Source: Pseudomonadota bacterium
Lineage (GTDB): Bacteria; Pseudomonadota; Alphaproteobacteria; Sphingomonadales; Sphingomonadaceae
Direction of reading: 5' to 3'
DNA length: 48,276 bases
Assembly: GCA_040386475.1 (NCBI GenBank)
Contig: JAZKFK010000004.1
Span: 1-48,276 of the forward strand
Of this stretch, positions 9,719 to 20,711 are shown in pieces (the first letter of the stretch is position 1; every line of letters starts with the position of its first letter). The notes beneath the pieces were generated by a model, which ran no database searches, had not been told where the DNA came from, and was given only the letters and a program-made list of their open reading frames with translations. The position numbers and the translations under genes are program-made.

Positions 9719-10255
9719 TCATACCATTTCTTGGCTGATACGGTACGTTCGCGCCCTGCCGTCTTCCTTCACCGAGGTCACGGTCAGCCCAAGTTTCTTG
9801 CCCAATGTTCCGGACATGAAGCCACGGATGCTGTGTGCTCTCCAGCCGGTGGCGGCACTGATCGCCTCGATTGTCGCGCCTTCCGGTGATTTCAGCAGCG
9901 CGATCAGCTGCGCCTGTTTTGTCCCGGCGCGAACGACGGGGCGCACAGGCTTTACCTCAGTCGGATCGGCCACGTCGGCTTGCGTTGGCAGGTCCGGCGC
10001 GATCCCGATCGCGGCCAACCCGGCACGGGTCACCTTGAGCGTTGTGCCATGGCCATCGCCGGTCTCACGCCAAAGCGGCGCGCCTTTGCTGACATTGGCG
10101 TCAACTTCGTCCAGCAGGCCGCGTTCGATCATCTTGCCAACCGCGATCCTCGCGGCGGCACCATGCAACCCCTTGGGCAAGGGCGTGGCGATGTTGTCCG
10201 GGCGCTGGGCACCGGCGTTGAGGATGATGGTCTGGGTTTCAGTGAGTGTTGTCAT
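9719..10255 (-). CDS. DUF3489 domain-containing phage protein
   Basis: Start MTTLTETQ; C-terminal RAGTKQAQLIALLKSPEGATI..ATGWRAHSIRGFMSG..KKLGL is typical of DUF3489. Confidence 0.85.
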   Translation of the reverse strand: MTTLTETQTIILNAGAQRPDNIATPLPKGLHGAAARIAVGKMIERGLLDEVDANVSKGAPLWRETGDGHGTTLKVTRAGLAAIGIAPDLPTQADVADPTEVKPVRPVVRAGTKQAQLIALLKSPEGATIEAISAATGWRAHSIRGFMSGTLGKKLGLTVTSVKEDGRARTYRISQEMV

Positions 10256-10504
10256 GATGGTTCGTTTCTGCTGATAGTGGCTGACATGGATGGGGTCGGC
10301 ACTCGGCGTCCGACATCGCGAAGCCCATTGCCCATCCCGGATGACGGCGCTGTAGTCTGTCGGGTTCTCGCGCTCATAAGGACGTCCTGTCAGTTGTTCG
10401 CGATGCGAAGGTGAATCGAGTCTGCCGCCAGCGTCGCTCTGACAAGGAGATTGATCAACGGAATAACACGCAATATCATTGCTTTGACGATATCGGGAGC
10501 AACA

Positions 10505-10741
10505 ATGGACGGCATGAGCGAGCGCGAATATTCCAGCCATTCCGGCCTGCCGCGAGGGCCGATCCAGCACGCCAAACGTGGCGGCAGGCTGGTGTTTCAT
10601 GCCGATGGTTCGATCAACGCGGCTGCATCCGACGCGCGCCGGGCAGAAATGACCGATCCCGACCAGAAACGCCGCTCACTCGGTGATGATGCGGCAATTC
10701 CGACTGGCGGCGGCGGTGGATCCGACAGCTGCTACACTTAA
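10505..10741 (+). pseudogene. Truncated phage protein, probable terminase small subunit N-terminus
   Basis: MDGMSEREYSSHSGLPRGPIQHAKRGGRLVFHADGSINAAASDARRAEMTDPDQ matches the recalled HTH N-terminus of the gene preceding GpA-type terminase. It stops after 78 codons, at the edge of the cob block. Confidence 0.7.
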
Positions 10742-10746
10742 GGAAT

Positions 10747-11313
10747 TTAAACGGTCCTTCCCGCACAGCCCATCCTCCGGAGCGCCCACCTGCGACCGTC
10801 ATGGCGCAATTCGGTGACAGAACCGGGTTCAATGTCAATTGACCAGAACGCGGTTGGCGGCGTGCCCAGAACCAAGCATACAACTGACCGGATGACCGCA
10901 GCATGGGTGATTGCCACCACATGAACACCGCCGGTGACAACACGGTCCAGCCAGGCCGCCATGCGAAGCGTCAAATGATCGCGGCTTTCTCCACCGTGAT
11001 CGCAAAACGCGGGGTCACTGACCCATCGCTGCAAAGCCTCGGGCGCTGACTGTGCGACCGCAACAATCTCCAGCCCCGCCCAGCGCCCATGATCGAGGTC
11101 GCGCAGGTCATCCTCGACCTGCGCCTCCAGACCCAAACGCTTCGCCATCTGCAGGCAGGCCATACTCGGGCTGCAAAGGCACTGTCTCCTACGCCAGGCC
11201 GGCTGTGCGCTAATTGCAAACTTGCCCTCTAACAGCGGATCGTCCGCAGGAAATGCCGCGGGCCGCGACGCGTCGGTCGCCCCGTGCGACACGAGTGTGA
11301 GAACAACTGTCAT
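10747..11313 (-). CDS. Histidine phosphatase family protein (alpha-ribazole-phosphatase/BluF-like)
   Basis: Motifs SHGAT, CSP, LRDLDHGRWAG, GGES, THAAVIR; sits at the edge of the cob cluster. Confidence 0.8.
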   Translation of the reverse strand: MTVVLTLVSHGATDASRPAAFPADDPLLEGKFAISAQPAWRRRQCLCSPSMACLQMAKRLGLEAQVEDDLRDLDHGRWAGLEIVAVAQSAPEALQRWVSDPAFCDHGGESRDHLTLRMAAWLDRVVTGGVHVVAITHAAVIRSVVCLVLGTPPTAFWSIDIEPGSVTELRHDGRRWALRRMGCAGRTV

Positions 11314-11360
11314 TTAGACCCCACTCAAGCCCGATTTCACGGTCGGGACGCGCCAAGAGA

Positions 11361-11390
11361 TTGACTTCTGCTGGCATGACATGACACGCT
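11361..11390 (+). promoter_or_regulatory. Putative sigma70 promoter for cbtBA
   Basis: TTGACT-N18-CACGCT about 11 nt upstream of the riboswitch. Confidence 0.45.
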
Positions 11391-11401
11391 GAAATCTTGA
11401 A

Positions 11402-11480
11402 GATCAGAAAGAAGCCGGTGAAAACCCGGCACGGTCGCGCCGCTGTATTCGCTCTTGCGAGAGTCAGACCTTTCTGGATC
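11402..11480 (+). ncRNA. Compact cobalamin riboswitch upstream of cbtB
   Basis: GAAGCCGGTGAAAACCCGGCACGGTCGCGCCGCTGTA core and GAGTCAGA B12-box end, closed by GATCAGAAAG/CTTTCTGGATC. Confidence 0.75.
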
Positions 11481-11522
11481 CGATCAACCCTGAACGGGAC
11501 GCGAAATCCCAAGGAGACAGAT

Positions 11523-11729
11523 ATGACGCTGGCCCAGACCACAAACGTTGCCGTTGCCCCGCTGCCAATCCGCGAGGTTCTGCCGTGGGCCATGTTCGGC
11601 ATTCTGATGCTGGCGTTCTTCATCTACTTCGTTGGTGCCGAACAGGGTGCAACGGCTGTGGTGCAGGGCGACACGATCCACGAATTCCTACATGATGGTC
11701 GTCACCTGCTCGGCTTTCCCTGCCACTGA
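11523..11729 (+). CDS. cbtB: Cobalt transporter subunit CbtB
   Basis: One TM helix followed by IHEFLHDGRHLLGFPCH; AAGGAG RBS. Confidence 0.92.
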   Translation: MTLAQTTNVAVAPLPIREVLPWAMFGILMLAFFIYFVGAEQGATAVVQGDTIHEFLHDGRHLLGFPCH

Positions 11730-11741
11730 GCGGAGGGGAAC

Positions 11742-12470
11742 ATGACGGGTGCGCTTTTGCTGCGCGGCATGATGGTTGGCGTTGCAGCCGGTCTCTGTGC
11801 TTATGTGTTCGCGACCATCTTCGGTGAGCCACAGATGGTCCTTGCGATCGCCTTCGAAGCCGCTGCGAGCAGCGACATGGACGCCGACATGCCTGTGATA
11901 AGCCGCAAAACGCAGGCCGGCCTCGGGCTGGCCATCGGACTTGGGGCATATGGAGCGGCCATCGGCGGCATCTTTGCGCTGGTTTTCGCATTGACCTACG
12001 GCAGGCTTTGCACACTTGCAGCCCGCGGCCTGTCGGCGCTGTTAGGAATGGCGGCCTTTGTGTCAACCGCACTGGTGCCACAGTTGAAATATCCCGCCAA
12101 TCCACCGGCGGTGGGTCTGGAAGAAACCATCGCGGCACGCACGACCTTGTTCTTTCTAATGCTGGTCTTGTCGGTGATCTGCATGGTTCTGACGGCGCTT
12201 GTCGCGCGGCGCCTGTGGAGTGCGCGTGGCAGCTGGTCAGCCAGCATGATCGCGGGCGCGTTTTTTGTCGCTATGACCACGGTCAGTGTCATGGCGCTGC
12301 CGTCGGTGACCGAAATGCCCGAAGGTTTTGATCCCACGGTGATATGGAACTTCCGTATCTCTACGCTCGGAATTCACCTGATCCTTTGGGTCGTCATCGG
12401 TTTGGGGTTCGGCGCATGGACTGAGCGACTGTTGGAAGGGCCGCAGATCCGGCGGCCTGCTGTCGTCTGA
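11742..12470 (+). CDS. cbtA: Cobalt transporter subunit CbtA
   Basis: Motifs LLLRGMMVG, AIAFE, LKYPANPPAVG, WNFR; multi-TM; follows cbtB. Confidence 0.92.
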   Translation: MTGALLLRGMMVGVAAGLCAYVFATIFGEPQMVLAIAFEAAASSDMDADMPVISRKTQAGLGLAIGLGAYGAAIGGIFALVFALTYGRLCTLAARGLSALLGMAAFVSTALVPQLKYPANPPAVGLEETIAARTTLFFLMLVLSVICMVLTALVARRLWSARGSWSASMIAGAFFVAMTTVSVMALPSVTEMPEGFDPTVIWNFRISTLGIHLILWVVIGLGFGAWTERLLEGPQIRRPAVV

Positions 12471-12479
12471 TCCGATCAT

Positions 12480-13118
12480 GTGGCAAAGCGCCGGGATCAC
12501 GGAGCCGGATGCCGCGCGCGGCCGCTAATGCTTGGCTGCGTGGTGCTTTTCGTCCTGCAGGCCGGAGCGGGCAGCGCGCATGTCTCACGCATGGGCAACG
12601 CCCAATCCGCCGGTGTTCCGATCAAAGAGATTACCCATGGCCAAATGCCGGTGATCTCCCGCTATGGGTCGGACATACTTGCGTTGGCTGCACGGCAACC
12701 TGCCAAGACGGACGACTTTCAGCGGGTGCTAAATTACACCCAAATCCAGAAGGCATATTGCCTGTGGGGGTTGGTTCCCGGCAGCATTTCGGACGAATCC
12801 AGCCCGTTCAATGCGTGTTCGCACGCCGATCTCGCGGGCATGCGCGAGCTGCTGCTGCGGATGACCGCCGACGGCGGAACGCCGGCCGCTGTCGATCTGG
12901 CGCGCCGGGTTGACGGCGACATGGTCATGTCGTCAACGGCGTTGGAGTTCTGCAACTACAGTGCCACCCCTTATGACACGGCGACGGTGGTGCGGCCTGT
13001 GCTGGCCGACATGGCAGGCCATCCCAGAACCGTCGCCAGCCTTGGCGGCTTGGCAGCACTGCTGGTCTTGGCCACGGCGCTATTCTTCCGCTGGTCAGCC
13101 AGAGCCGCAGTTCTTTGA
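12480..13118 (+). CDS. Hypothetical exported/membrane-anchored protein (start uncertain, possibly ATG 12528)
   Basis: N-terminal hydrophobic signal, C-terminal TM segment and Cys/His motifs; fills the gap between cbtA and bluE. Confidence 0.7.
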   Translation: MAKRRDHGAGCRARPLMLGCVVLFVLQAGAGSAHVSRMGNAQSAGVPIKEITHGQMPVISRYGSDILALAARQPAKTDDFQRVLNYTQIQKAYCLWGLVPGSISDESSPFNACSHADLAGMRELLLRMTADGGTPAAVDLARRVDGDMVMSSTALEFCNYSATPYDTATVVRPVLADMAGHPRTVASLGGLAALLVLATALFFRWSARAAVL

Positions 13119-13960
13119 CCGCCCCGCAACAGGACCACAGGTTTGGCGGTGGGCCTGAGCCTGCGTTGCATGTTCCAGGGCATTTTGGCGAGTGGATGCA
13201 GGGCCGGCTTGGCCCCGATGGCCCGGTGGTTCTGATCACCCTGCCCTGCGCGCGCATGGGTGTTGCAGCGCGGCTTGATGTTCGCAGGCGGGACATGCGC
13301 GGGGCTGGTATCGACAGCCCGCATGGCGCTGCTGCGGCAGCCCGGCTAATCGCGGACCTCGGGCTTGATCTGCCGCATGGAATCAGATTGCAGGCTTACG
13401 CCGAGGCTGGTTTGGGCACCGGAGTTTCAACGGCCAGTCTGCTGGCACTGGCGCGGCTCGCCCGCTGGCGCGGTCCGGCATCTGTGCTGGCGCGGGCCTG
13501 TCTGCGGGCCGAGGGCGCGTCGGACCCGCTGATGTCGCATAGCCCGGCGCGGCTGTTGTGGGCCTCTCGCGAGGGGCGGGCGCTAGCGCGTCTGCCCGTC
13601 CTGCCCGCCCACGAGGTGATCGGCGGGTTTTATGGGCCACCGCAAGTGACCGACCCGGCTGACGGCGCCTTTCCTGATATCGCGGATCTTGTGGCCGCTT
13701 GGCGAGGGACGCGCGAACTTGCAGGCTTTGCGGCTCTGGCAGCCATGTCGGCGCAGCGGTGTTTGGACCTGCGCGGCCCGGCGCAGGATCCGACTGCCGG
13801 ACTGGCCAACGGGCTGGGCGCGCTGGGATGGGTAATCGCGCATACCGGGGCCGCGCGCGGGTTGATCTTTGCGCCGGGCCGCGTGCCGGGCCATGCGGCA
13901 CAGGCGTTGCGGGATGCGGGCTTGCGGAACGTTTTGCAGTTTAGCGGGGGACGGGCATGA
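13115..13960 (+). CDS. bluE: GHMP-family L-threonine kinase (BluE/PduX-like)
   Basis: Motifs VPGHFGEWMQG, GLGTGVSTA, EGASDP, IAHTG; directly upstream of cbiB as in the Rhodobacter blu operon. Confidence 0.85.
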   Translation: MTAPQQDHRFGGGPEPALHVPGHFGEWMQGRLGPDGPVVLITLPCARMGVAARLDVRRRDMRGAGIDSPHGAAAAARLIADLGLDLPHGIRLQAYAEAGLGTGVSTASLLALARLARWRGPASVLARACLRAEGASDPLMSHSPARLLWASREGRALARLPVLPAHEVIGGFYGPPQVTDPADGAFPDIADLVAAWRGTRELAGFAALAAMSAQRCLDLRGPAQDPTAGLANGLGALGWVIAHTGAARGLIFAPGRVPGHAAQALRDAGLRNVLQFSGGRA

Positions 13961-14904
13961 GTTTTGCGGCGATGATGCTGGTTGCGATGGCAATCGACGC
14001 GGTGCTGGGCTGGCCGAACCGCCTTTACGCGCGCATCGGCCATCCGGTGACATGGATCGGAGCGTTGATCGGCGCGCTCGACCAGCGTTGGAACCCGACC
14101 GGCGACAGCCCCGCGCGGCGCAAGCTGGCTGGCGTTGCTGCGGCGCTGGTGGTGATCAGCGGGGCCGGGGGGTTGGCGTGGCTGGTGCAATCCGTCCTGC
14201 CGCAGGGCTGGCTTGGCATTGCGATTGGCGGAGTGTTGGCTTGGCCGTTGGTAGCAGTGCACTCTATGCACGACCATGTACTGGCAGTGGCGCGGCCTTT
14301 GGAGTCGAGCGATCTGGCGGGCGCGCGGTACGCCGTGTCGATGATCGTTGGGCGTGATCCCTCGCGGCTGGACGAAGCCGGGGTGGCGCGGGCGGCGCTG
14401 GAAAGTCTGGCGGAAAACACCTCTGACGGGATCGTGGCCCCCCTGTTCTGGGGCGTAGTGGCGGGGTTGCCAGGGATCGCGGCTTATAAAGCGATCAACA
14501 CTCTCGATTCGATGATCGGCCACCGCACCCCGCGCCATCAGGCGTTTGGCTGGGCATCGGCGCGGATCGACGATGGGGTGAACCTGATCCCGGCGCGGCT
14601 GACCGGAGTGGTCTTTGCCGCCGTGTCTTCGCGGCCCCGCGCGGCGCTGGCCTGCATGGGGCGCGATGCCCGTCATCACCGATCCCCCAACGCCGGATGG
14701 CCAGAGGCGGCGATGGCGGGCGCGCTGGGGGTGCGGTTGTCGGGACCACGGATCTACGACGACCACATCGCGGATGAGCCTTGGGTCAATGCGGGCTGCC
14801 CCGACCCCTTGCCCCACGATCTGCGCCGCGGTTTGGCACTTTATCGCCGCGCGATGCTGGGGTGTGCCGCGTTGATCGGCGTGGTTGCGGCCAGCATTGC
14901 ATGA
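13957..14904 (+). CDS. cbiB: Adenosylcobinamide-phosphate synthase (CbiB; CobD in aerobic nomenclature)
   Basis: Motifs HPV, IVGRD, ESLAENTSDG, YKAINTLDSMIG, SPNAGWPEAAMAGAL. Confidence 0.96.
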   Translation: MSFAAMMLVAMAIDAVLGWPNRLYARIGHPVTWIGALIGALDQRWNPTGDSPARRKLAGVAAALVVISGAGGLAWLVQSVLPQGWLGIAIGGVLAWPLVAVHSMHDHVLAVARPLESSDLAGARYAVSMIVGRDPSRLDEAGVARAALESLAENTSDGIVAPLFWGVVAGLPGIAAYKAINTLDSMIGHRTPRHQAFGWASARIDDGVNLIPARLTGVVFAAVSSRPRAALACMGRDARHHRSPNAGWPEAAMAGALGVRLSGPRIYDDHIADEPWVNAGCPDPLPHDLRRGLALYRRAMLGCAALIGVVAASIA

Positions 14905-14933
14905 TTGCACAGCCCCGCTGCCGACAGTAACTT
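14905..14933 (+). promoter_or_regulatory. Putative internal sigma70 promoter
   Basis: TTGCAC-N17-TAACTT immediately upstream of the riboswitch. Confidence 0.45.
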
Positions 14934-14937
14934 GCCG

Positions 14938-16818
<1,881 letters not shown>

Positions 16819-16832
16819 ACCGCCGTCCCCGC

Positions 16833-18278
16833 CTAACGCGCCAGCGCCAGCAGCCCCGGCACATCCAGATGCGTCTCGACGTGATCGGCCAGCGCGTCTA
16901 GCGCCGCCTCGACTGACGCGCCGTGCGACCGCAGCGGGGCGGCAATCCCCAGAGCGTGCAGATAGGCCGCGCGGAACGCGTCCGACGCGAACAGCCCGTG
17001 CAGGTAGCTGCCGGTCACCCGGCCATCGGCGCTGACTGCCCCTTCGGCCCGGCCGTCGACATGGGCAAAGGGGCGCGTGCAATCGGGGCCGTCGGTGCGG
17101 CCGATGTGGATTTCATACCCCGCCACCGCCAGCCCGCTGCCGGCATGCACCGCCCGGACCCGCGCAAGGCGTTTGTCCGGCGTCATCACCGTTGCCACGT
17201 CCAGCAGGCCCAAACCCGGCGAGGACCCTGCGGCGCCCTCGATCCCGTCAGGGTCGTCGATCACCCGGCCCAGCATCTGATACCCGCCGCAAATGCCCAG
17301 CACATGCCCGCCGCGTCGCACATGCGCCGCCAGATCAATGTCCCAGCCCTGCGCCCGCAGATACGCCAGATCCCCCCGCGTCGATTTCGACCCCGGAATG
17401 ATCACCAGCCGCGCCGCGGCCGGTATGGGTTGCCCCGCCTGCACCATCACCAGCCGCACGCCGGGTTCGGCCTTCAGCGGGTCCAGATCGTCAAAATTGG
17501 CGATGCGAGAAAGGGTCAAACAGGCGATCACCATGCCGTCGCTGGCGGGACCCGACGCGATGTCCAACGCATCCTCGGCTGGCAGCAGATGCGCCTGACC
17601 GAACCACGGCACCACGCCGAACCCGCGCCAGCCGGTGCGCTGCGCAATCATCGCATAACCGTCGTCGAACAGACGCGGATCACCCCGAAACTTGTTGATC
17701 GCAAACCCCGCGACCATCGCCGCATCCGCAGGATCAATCACCACTTGCGTGCCCACGATCTGCGCGATCACCCCGCCCCGGTCGATATCGCCCACCAGCA
17801 CGACGGGCACATCCGCCGCCCGCGCAAACCCCATGTTGGCAATGTCGCCCGCCCGCAGATTGACCTCTGCCGGGCTGCCCGCCCCTTCGACGATCACCAG
17901 ATCATACCCCGCCCGCAACCGCGCGAAACTGTCCAGCACCGCGTTCATCAGCGCGGGTTTCATCGCGCCGTAATCGCGCGCGCGCACCGTGGCCACCCGG
18001 CGGCCCTGCACGATCACCTGCGATCCCACATCGGTTTCAGGCTTCAGCAGCACCGGGTTCATGTCGGTCAGCGGCTCGATTCCGCAGGCCAGTGCCTGCA
18101 AGGCCTGCGCGCGGCCAATCTCGCCGCCGTCCACCGTCACGGCGGCGTTGTTGGACATGTTCTGCGGCTTGAAAGGGGCGACCGTCAGTCCGCGCCGCAG
18201 CGCCGCACGGCACAGCCCCGCCACCAGCATCGACTTGCCGACGTTGGACCCGCAGCCCTGGATCATCAATGCGGTCAC
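16833..18278 (-). CDS. cobQ: Cobyric acid synthase CobQ
   Basis: Motifs [41 protein letters not shown]. Confidence 0.97.
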   Translation of the reverse strand: MTALMIQGCGSNVGKSMLVAGLCRAALRRGLTVAPFKPQNMSNNAAVTVDGGEIGRAQALQALACGIEPLTDMNPVLLKPETDVGSQVIVQGRRVATVRARDYGAMKPALMNAVLDSFARLRAGYDLVIVEGAGSPAEVNLRAGDIANMGFARAADVPVVLVGDIDRGGVIAQIVGTQVVIDPADAAMVAGFAINKFRGDPRLFDDGYAMIAQRTGWRGFGVVPWFGQAHLLPAEDALDIASGPASDGMVIACLTLSRIANFDDLDPLKAEPGVRLVMVQAGQPIPAAARLVIIPGSKSTRGDLAYLRAQGWDIDLAAHVRRGGHVLGICGGYQMLGRVIDDPDGIEGAAGSSPGLGLLDVATVMTPDKRLARVRAVHAGSGLAVAGYEIHIGRTDGPDCTRPFAHVDGRAEGAVSADGRVTGSYLHGLFASDAFRAAYLHALGIAAPLRSHGASVEAALDALADHVETHLDVPGLLALAR

Positions 18279-18282
18279 GGGA

Positions 18283-18936
18283 TCAGAACTCCACGCCCGG
18301 CTGGCCCTTGATGCCCGACCGGAACGGATGCTTGACCATGGTCATCTCGGTCACCAGATCGGCCGCCTCGATCAGCGCCTCCTTGGCGTTTCGCCCGGTC
18401 AGGCACACATGGGTCAGGGGCGGCTTTTCATCGCGCAGAAAGGTCAGCACCTCGTCCAGATCTAGATAGTCATAGCGCAGGGCGATGTTGATCTCGTCCA
18501 GCAGCACAAAGCGGATGTCAGGGTCGCGGATCAGATCCTTGGCCTTTTCCCAGCCCCGCCGCGCGGCTGCGATGTCACGCGCCTTGTCTTGGGTTTCCCA
18601 GGTAAAGCCTTCGCCCATCGCGTAGAACTGGCAGGTGTCGGCAAAGTTTTTCTCGATCAGCCGCCGCTCGCCGGTGTCCCACGCGCCCTTGATGAACTGC
18701 ACCACGGCGCAGGGCATGCCGTGCGCGATGCAGCGCAGGATCATCCCGAACCCGGACGAGGATTTGCCTTTGCCCGTCCCGGTATGCACGATGACCAGCC
18801 CCTTTTCCCCCGCCTTGCCGGCCATCATCTTGTCGCGGGCGGCCTTGATCTTTGCCATCTTGACCGCATGACGGGCTAGATCGGCATCCCGGTCGGCCTC
18901 GGCAATTGTCGGGGGGGTGTCGCTGTCGTCCGTCAT
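18283..18936 (-). CDS. cobO: Cob(I)yrinic acid a,c-diamide adenosyltransferase CobO
   Basis: Motifs [33 protein letters not shown]. Start placed at MTDDS after AAGGA. Confidence 0.96.
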   Translation of the reverse strand: MTDDSDTPPTIAEADRDADLARHAVKMAKIKAARDKMMAGKAGEKGLVIVHTGTGKGKSSSGFGMILRCIAHGMPCAVVQFIKGAWDTGERRLIEKNFADTCQFYAMGEGFTWETQDKARDIAAARRGWEKAKDLIRDPDIRFVLLDEINIALRYDYLDLDEVLTFLRDEKPPLTHVCLTGRNAKEALIEAADLVTEMTMVKHPFRSGIKGQPGVEF

Positions 18937-18990
18937 CCTGCCGGTCCTTTTCCTTGACTCTGCCCCTGCCTGTGTCACAGGTGTGGCAGT

Positions 18991-19193
18991 ATTGCTGGTG
19001 CCTGTCGTAAGGCAGGCTAATAGGGAATGCGACAGGTTTTGCGGCACACGAGCCGGAACACCAAGCGCAGCCGCCCCCGCGACCGTGACCGGAAAGGTCT
19101 GTCCATGCCACTGGCCGTTCGGCTGGGAAGGCGGACAGAGCGCCGGAACCTTGGTGGTTCCGATATCCGCAAGCCGGGAGACCTGCCAGCGAT
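18991..19193 (+). ncRNA. Cobalamin riboswitch upstream of the DUF1636-cobWN operon
   Basis: GCTGGTGCC..AATAGGGAATGCG..GCCGCCCCCGCGACCGTGA..GCCACTG..GGGAAGGC..AAGCCGGGAGACCTGCCAGC; TTGACT at 18954 upstream. Confidence 0.93.
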
Positions 19194-19296
19194 CGAACTG
19201 AAACGCACGGACGGGGTGTTCCGTGACCTTCGGATGTGGGCGCGCGTCGCCCGCCCCGCAGGGTATACCCCGTTCAGGATATGGGGTTTGCCTGCT

Positions 19297-19653
19297 TTGA
19301 CCGCGACACTTTACGTTTGCATGACCTGCCGGGCCGGACAGCCGCTGCCCGACGGCGAGGTAGCTCCCGGCGCGCATCTGATGGCGGCGCTGACGGAGGC
19401 GGGCGTGCCCGAGGGTGTGACTGTGCGCGGGGTGGAATGTCTGTCGGCCTGCGACCACGGCTGCACCGTCGCGGTCACCAAACCCGGCGGCTGGTCATAT
19501 GTATATGGCCGCATGACCCCCGCCGATGCGCCAGAGATTCTGCGCGGAGTCGGGCTTTATGCCGCCACGGCCGACGGGCTTGTGCCATGGCGCGACCGCC
19601 CGGTGATTTTCCGCAAGCAATCCATCGCCCGCCTTCCCCCGCTGGAGTCCTGA
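19297..19653 (+). CDS. DUF1636 family Cys-rich (thioredoxin-like) protein
   Basis: Motifs VCMTC, VECLSACDHGC, WSYVYG, DGLVPWRDRP, ARLPP; TTG start. Confidence 0.88.
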   Translation: MTATLYVCMTCRAGQPLPDGEVAPGAHLMAALTEAGVPEGVTVRGVECLSACDHGCTVAVTKPGGWSYVYGRMTPADAPEILRGVGLYAATADGLVPWRDRPVIFRKQSIARLPPLES

Positions 19654-19655
19654 CC

Positions 19656-20702
19656 ATGCCCGAACTGAACGCGCCCGACCTGACCAAGATCCCCGTCACC
19701 ATCATCACGGGCTTTCTCGGCGCTGGAAAAACCACGCTGATACGCCACCTGATGCAAAATCCGCAGGGCAAGCGGCTGGCCATTCTGGTCAATGAATTCG
19801 GGGTATTGGGGGTCGATGGCGACATCCTGAAAAACTGTGCGGACGCGAATTGCCCGGTGGAAAACATCGTCGAGCTGGCCAACGGCTGCATCTGCTGCAC
19901 CGTGGCCGACGACTTCATCCCCACGATCGAGGCGCTGATGGCCCTGCCGCATCGCCCCGACCATATCCTGATCGAAACCTCGGGGCTGGCCCTGCCGAAA
20001 CCGCTGCTCAAGGCGTTCGACTGGCCGGCGATCCGGTCGCGCATCACGGTGGACGGGGTGATCGCGCTGGCCGATGCCGAGGCGGTGGCGGCGGGCCGCT
20101 TTGCCCCTGACGTGGCGGCGGTGGAAGCGCAGCGGCTGGCTGATGATGCCATCGACCATGAAACCCCGCTGTCCGAGGTGTTCGAGGATCAGATCGCCTG
20201 CGCCGACATCGTGCTGTTGTCCAAGGCCGATCTGGCGGGCGAGGCAGGACTTGCCACAGCCCGCGCGGTGATCGAAGCGGAAAGCCCGCGCCGCGTGCCG
20301 ATCTTGCCGATGACCGATGGCATCATCGACCCCCGCGTGATCCTGGGCCTGCAAGCGGCGGCTGAAAACGATCTCGCCGCGCGCCCCAGCCACCACGATG
20401 GCGAGGATCACGAACATGACGATTTCGCCAGCGTGGTGATTGATCTGCCCGAAGTTGCCGATATCGACGCACTTGTGGCCCGCATCCAAGCCCTTGCCCG
20501 TGAACAGGACGTGCTGCGGGTAAAGGGGTATGTCGCGGTGGCAGGCAAACCGATGCGCCTGCTGGTGCAGGCGGTGGGCGAACGGGTTCGCCATCAGTTC
20601 GACCGCCCGTGGGGCACCGCGACGCGCGTCTCGCAGCTGGTGGTGATCGGCGAACAGCACGCAATCGACGCGGACGCCATTCGCCGCGTTCTGCTGGCCT
20701 GA
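19656..20702 (+). CDS. cobW: Cobalamin biosynthesis GTPase CobW
   Basis: Motifs GFLGAGKTT, NEFG, NGCICC, ETSGLA and a His-rich patch HHDGEDHEHDD. Confidence 0.96.
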   Translation: MPELNAPDLTKIPVTIITGFLGAGKTTLIRHLMQNPQGKRLAILVNEFGVLGVDGDILKNCADANCPVENIVELANGCICCTVADDFIPTIEALMALPHRPDHILIETSGLALPKPLLKAFDWPAIRSRITVDGVIALADAEAVAAGRFAPDVAAVEAQRLADDAIDHETPLSEVFEDQIACADIVLLSKADLAGEAGLATARAVIEAESPRRVPILPMTDGIIDPRVILGLQAAAENDLAARPSHHDGEDHEHDDFASVVIDLPEVADIDALVARIQALAREQDVLRVKGYVAVAGKPMRLLVQAVGERVRHQFDRPWGTATRVSQLVVIGEQHAIDADAIRRVLLA

Positions 20703-20711
20703 TCCCCCATC

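Noticed and set aside
10256-10600. Extension of the DUF3489 ORF to 293 aa
   Set aside because: It overlaps the terS-like fragment on the other strand, and the family-like sequence starts at MTTLTETQ. It may contain a decayed small phage gene, but I cannot support that.
18937-19655. Long N-terminal extensions of cobO, DUF1636 and cobW in the ORF track
   Set aside because: They run through the riboswitch or the neighbouring gene. Downstream starts give normal family lengths.
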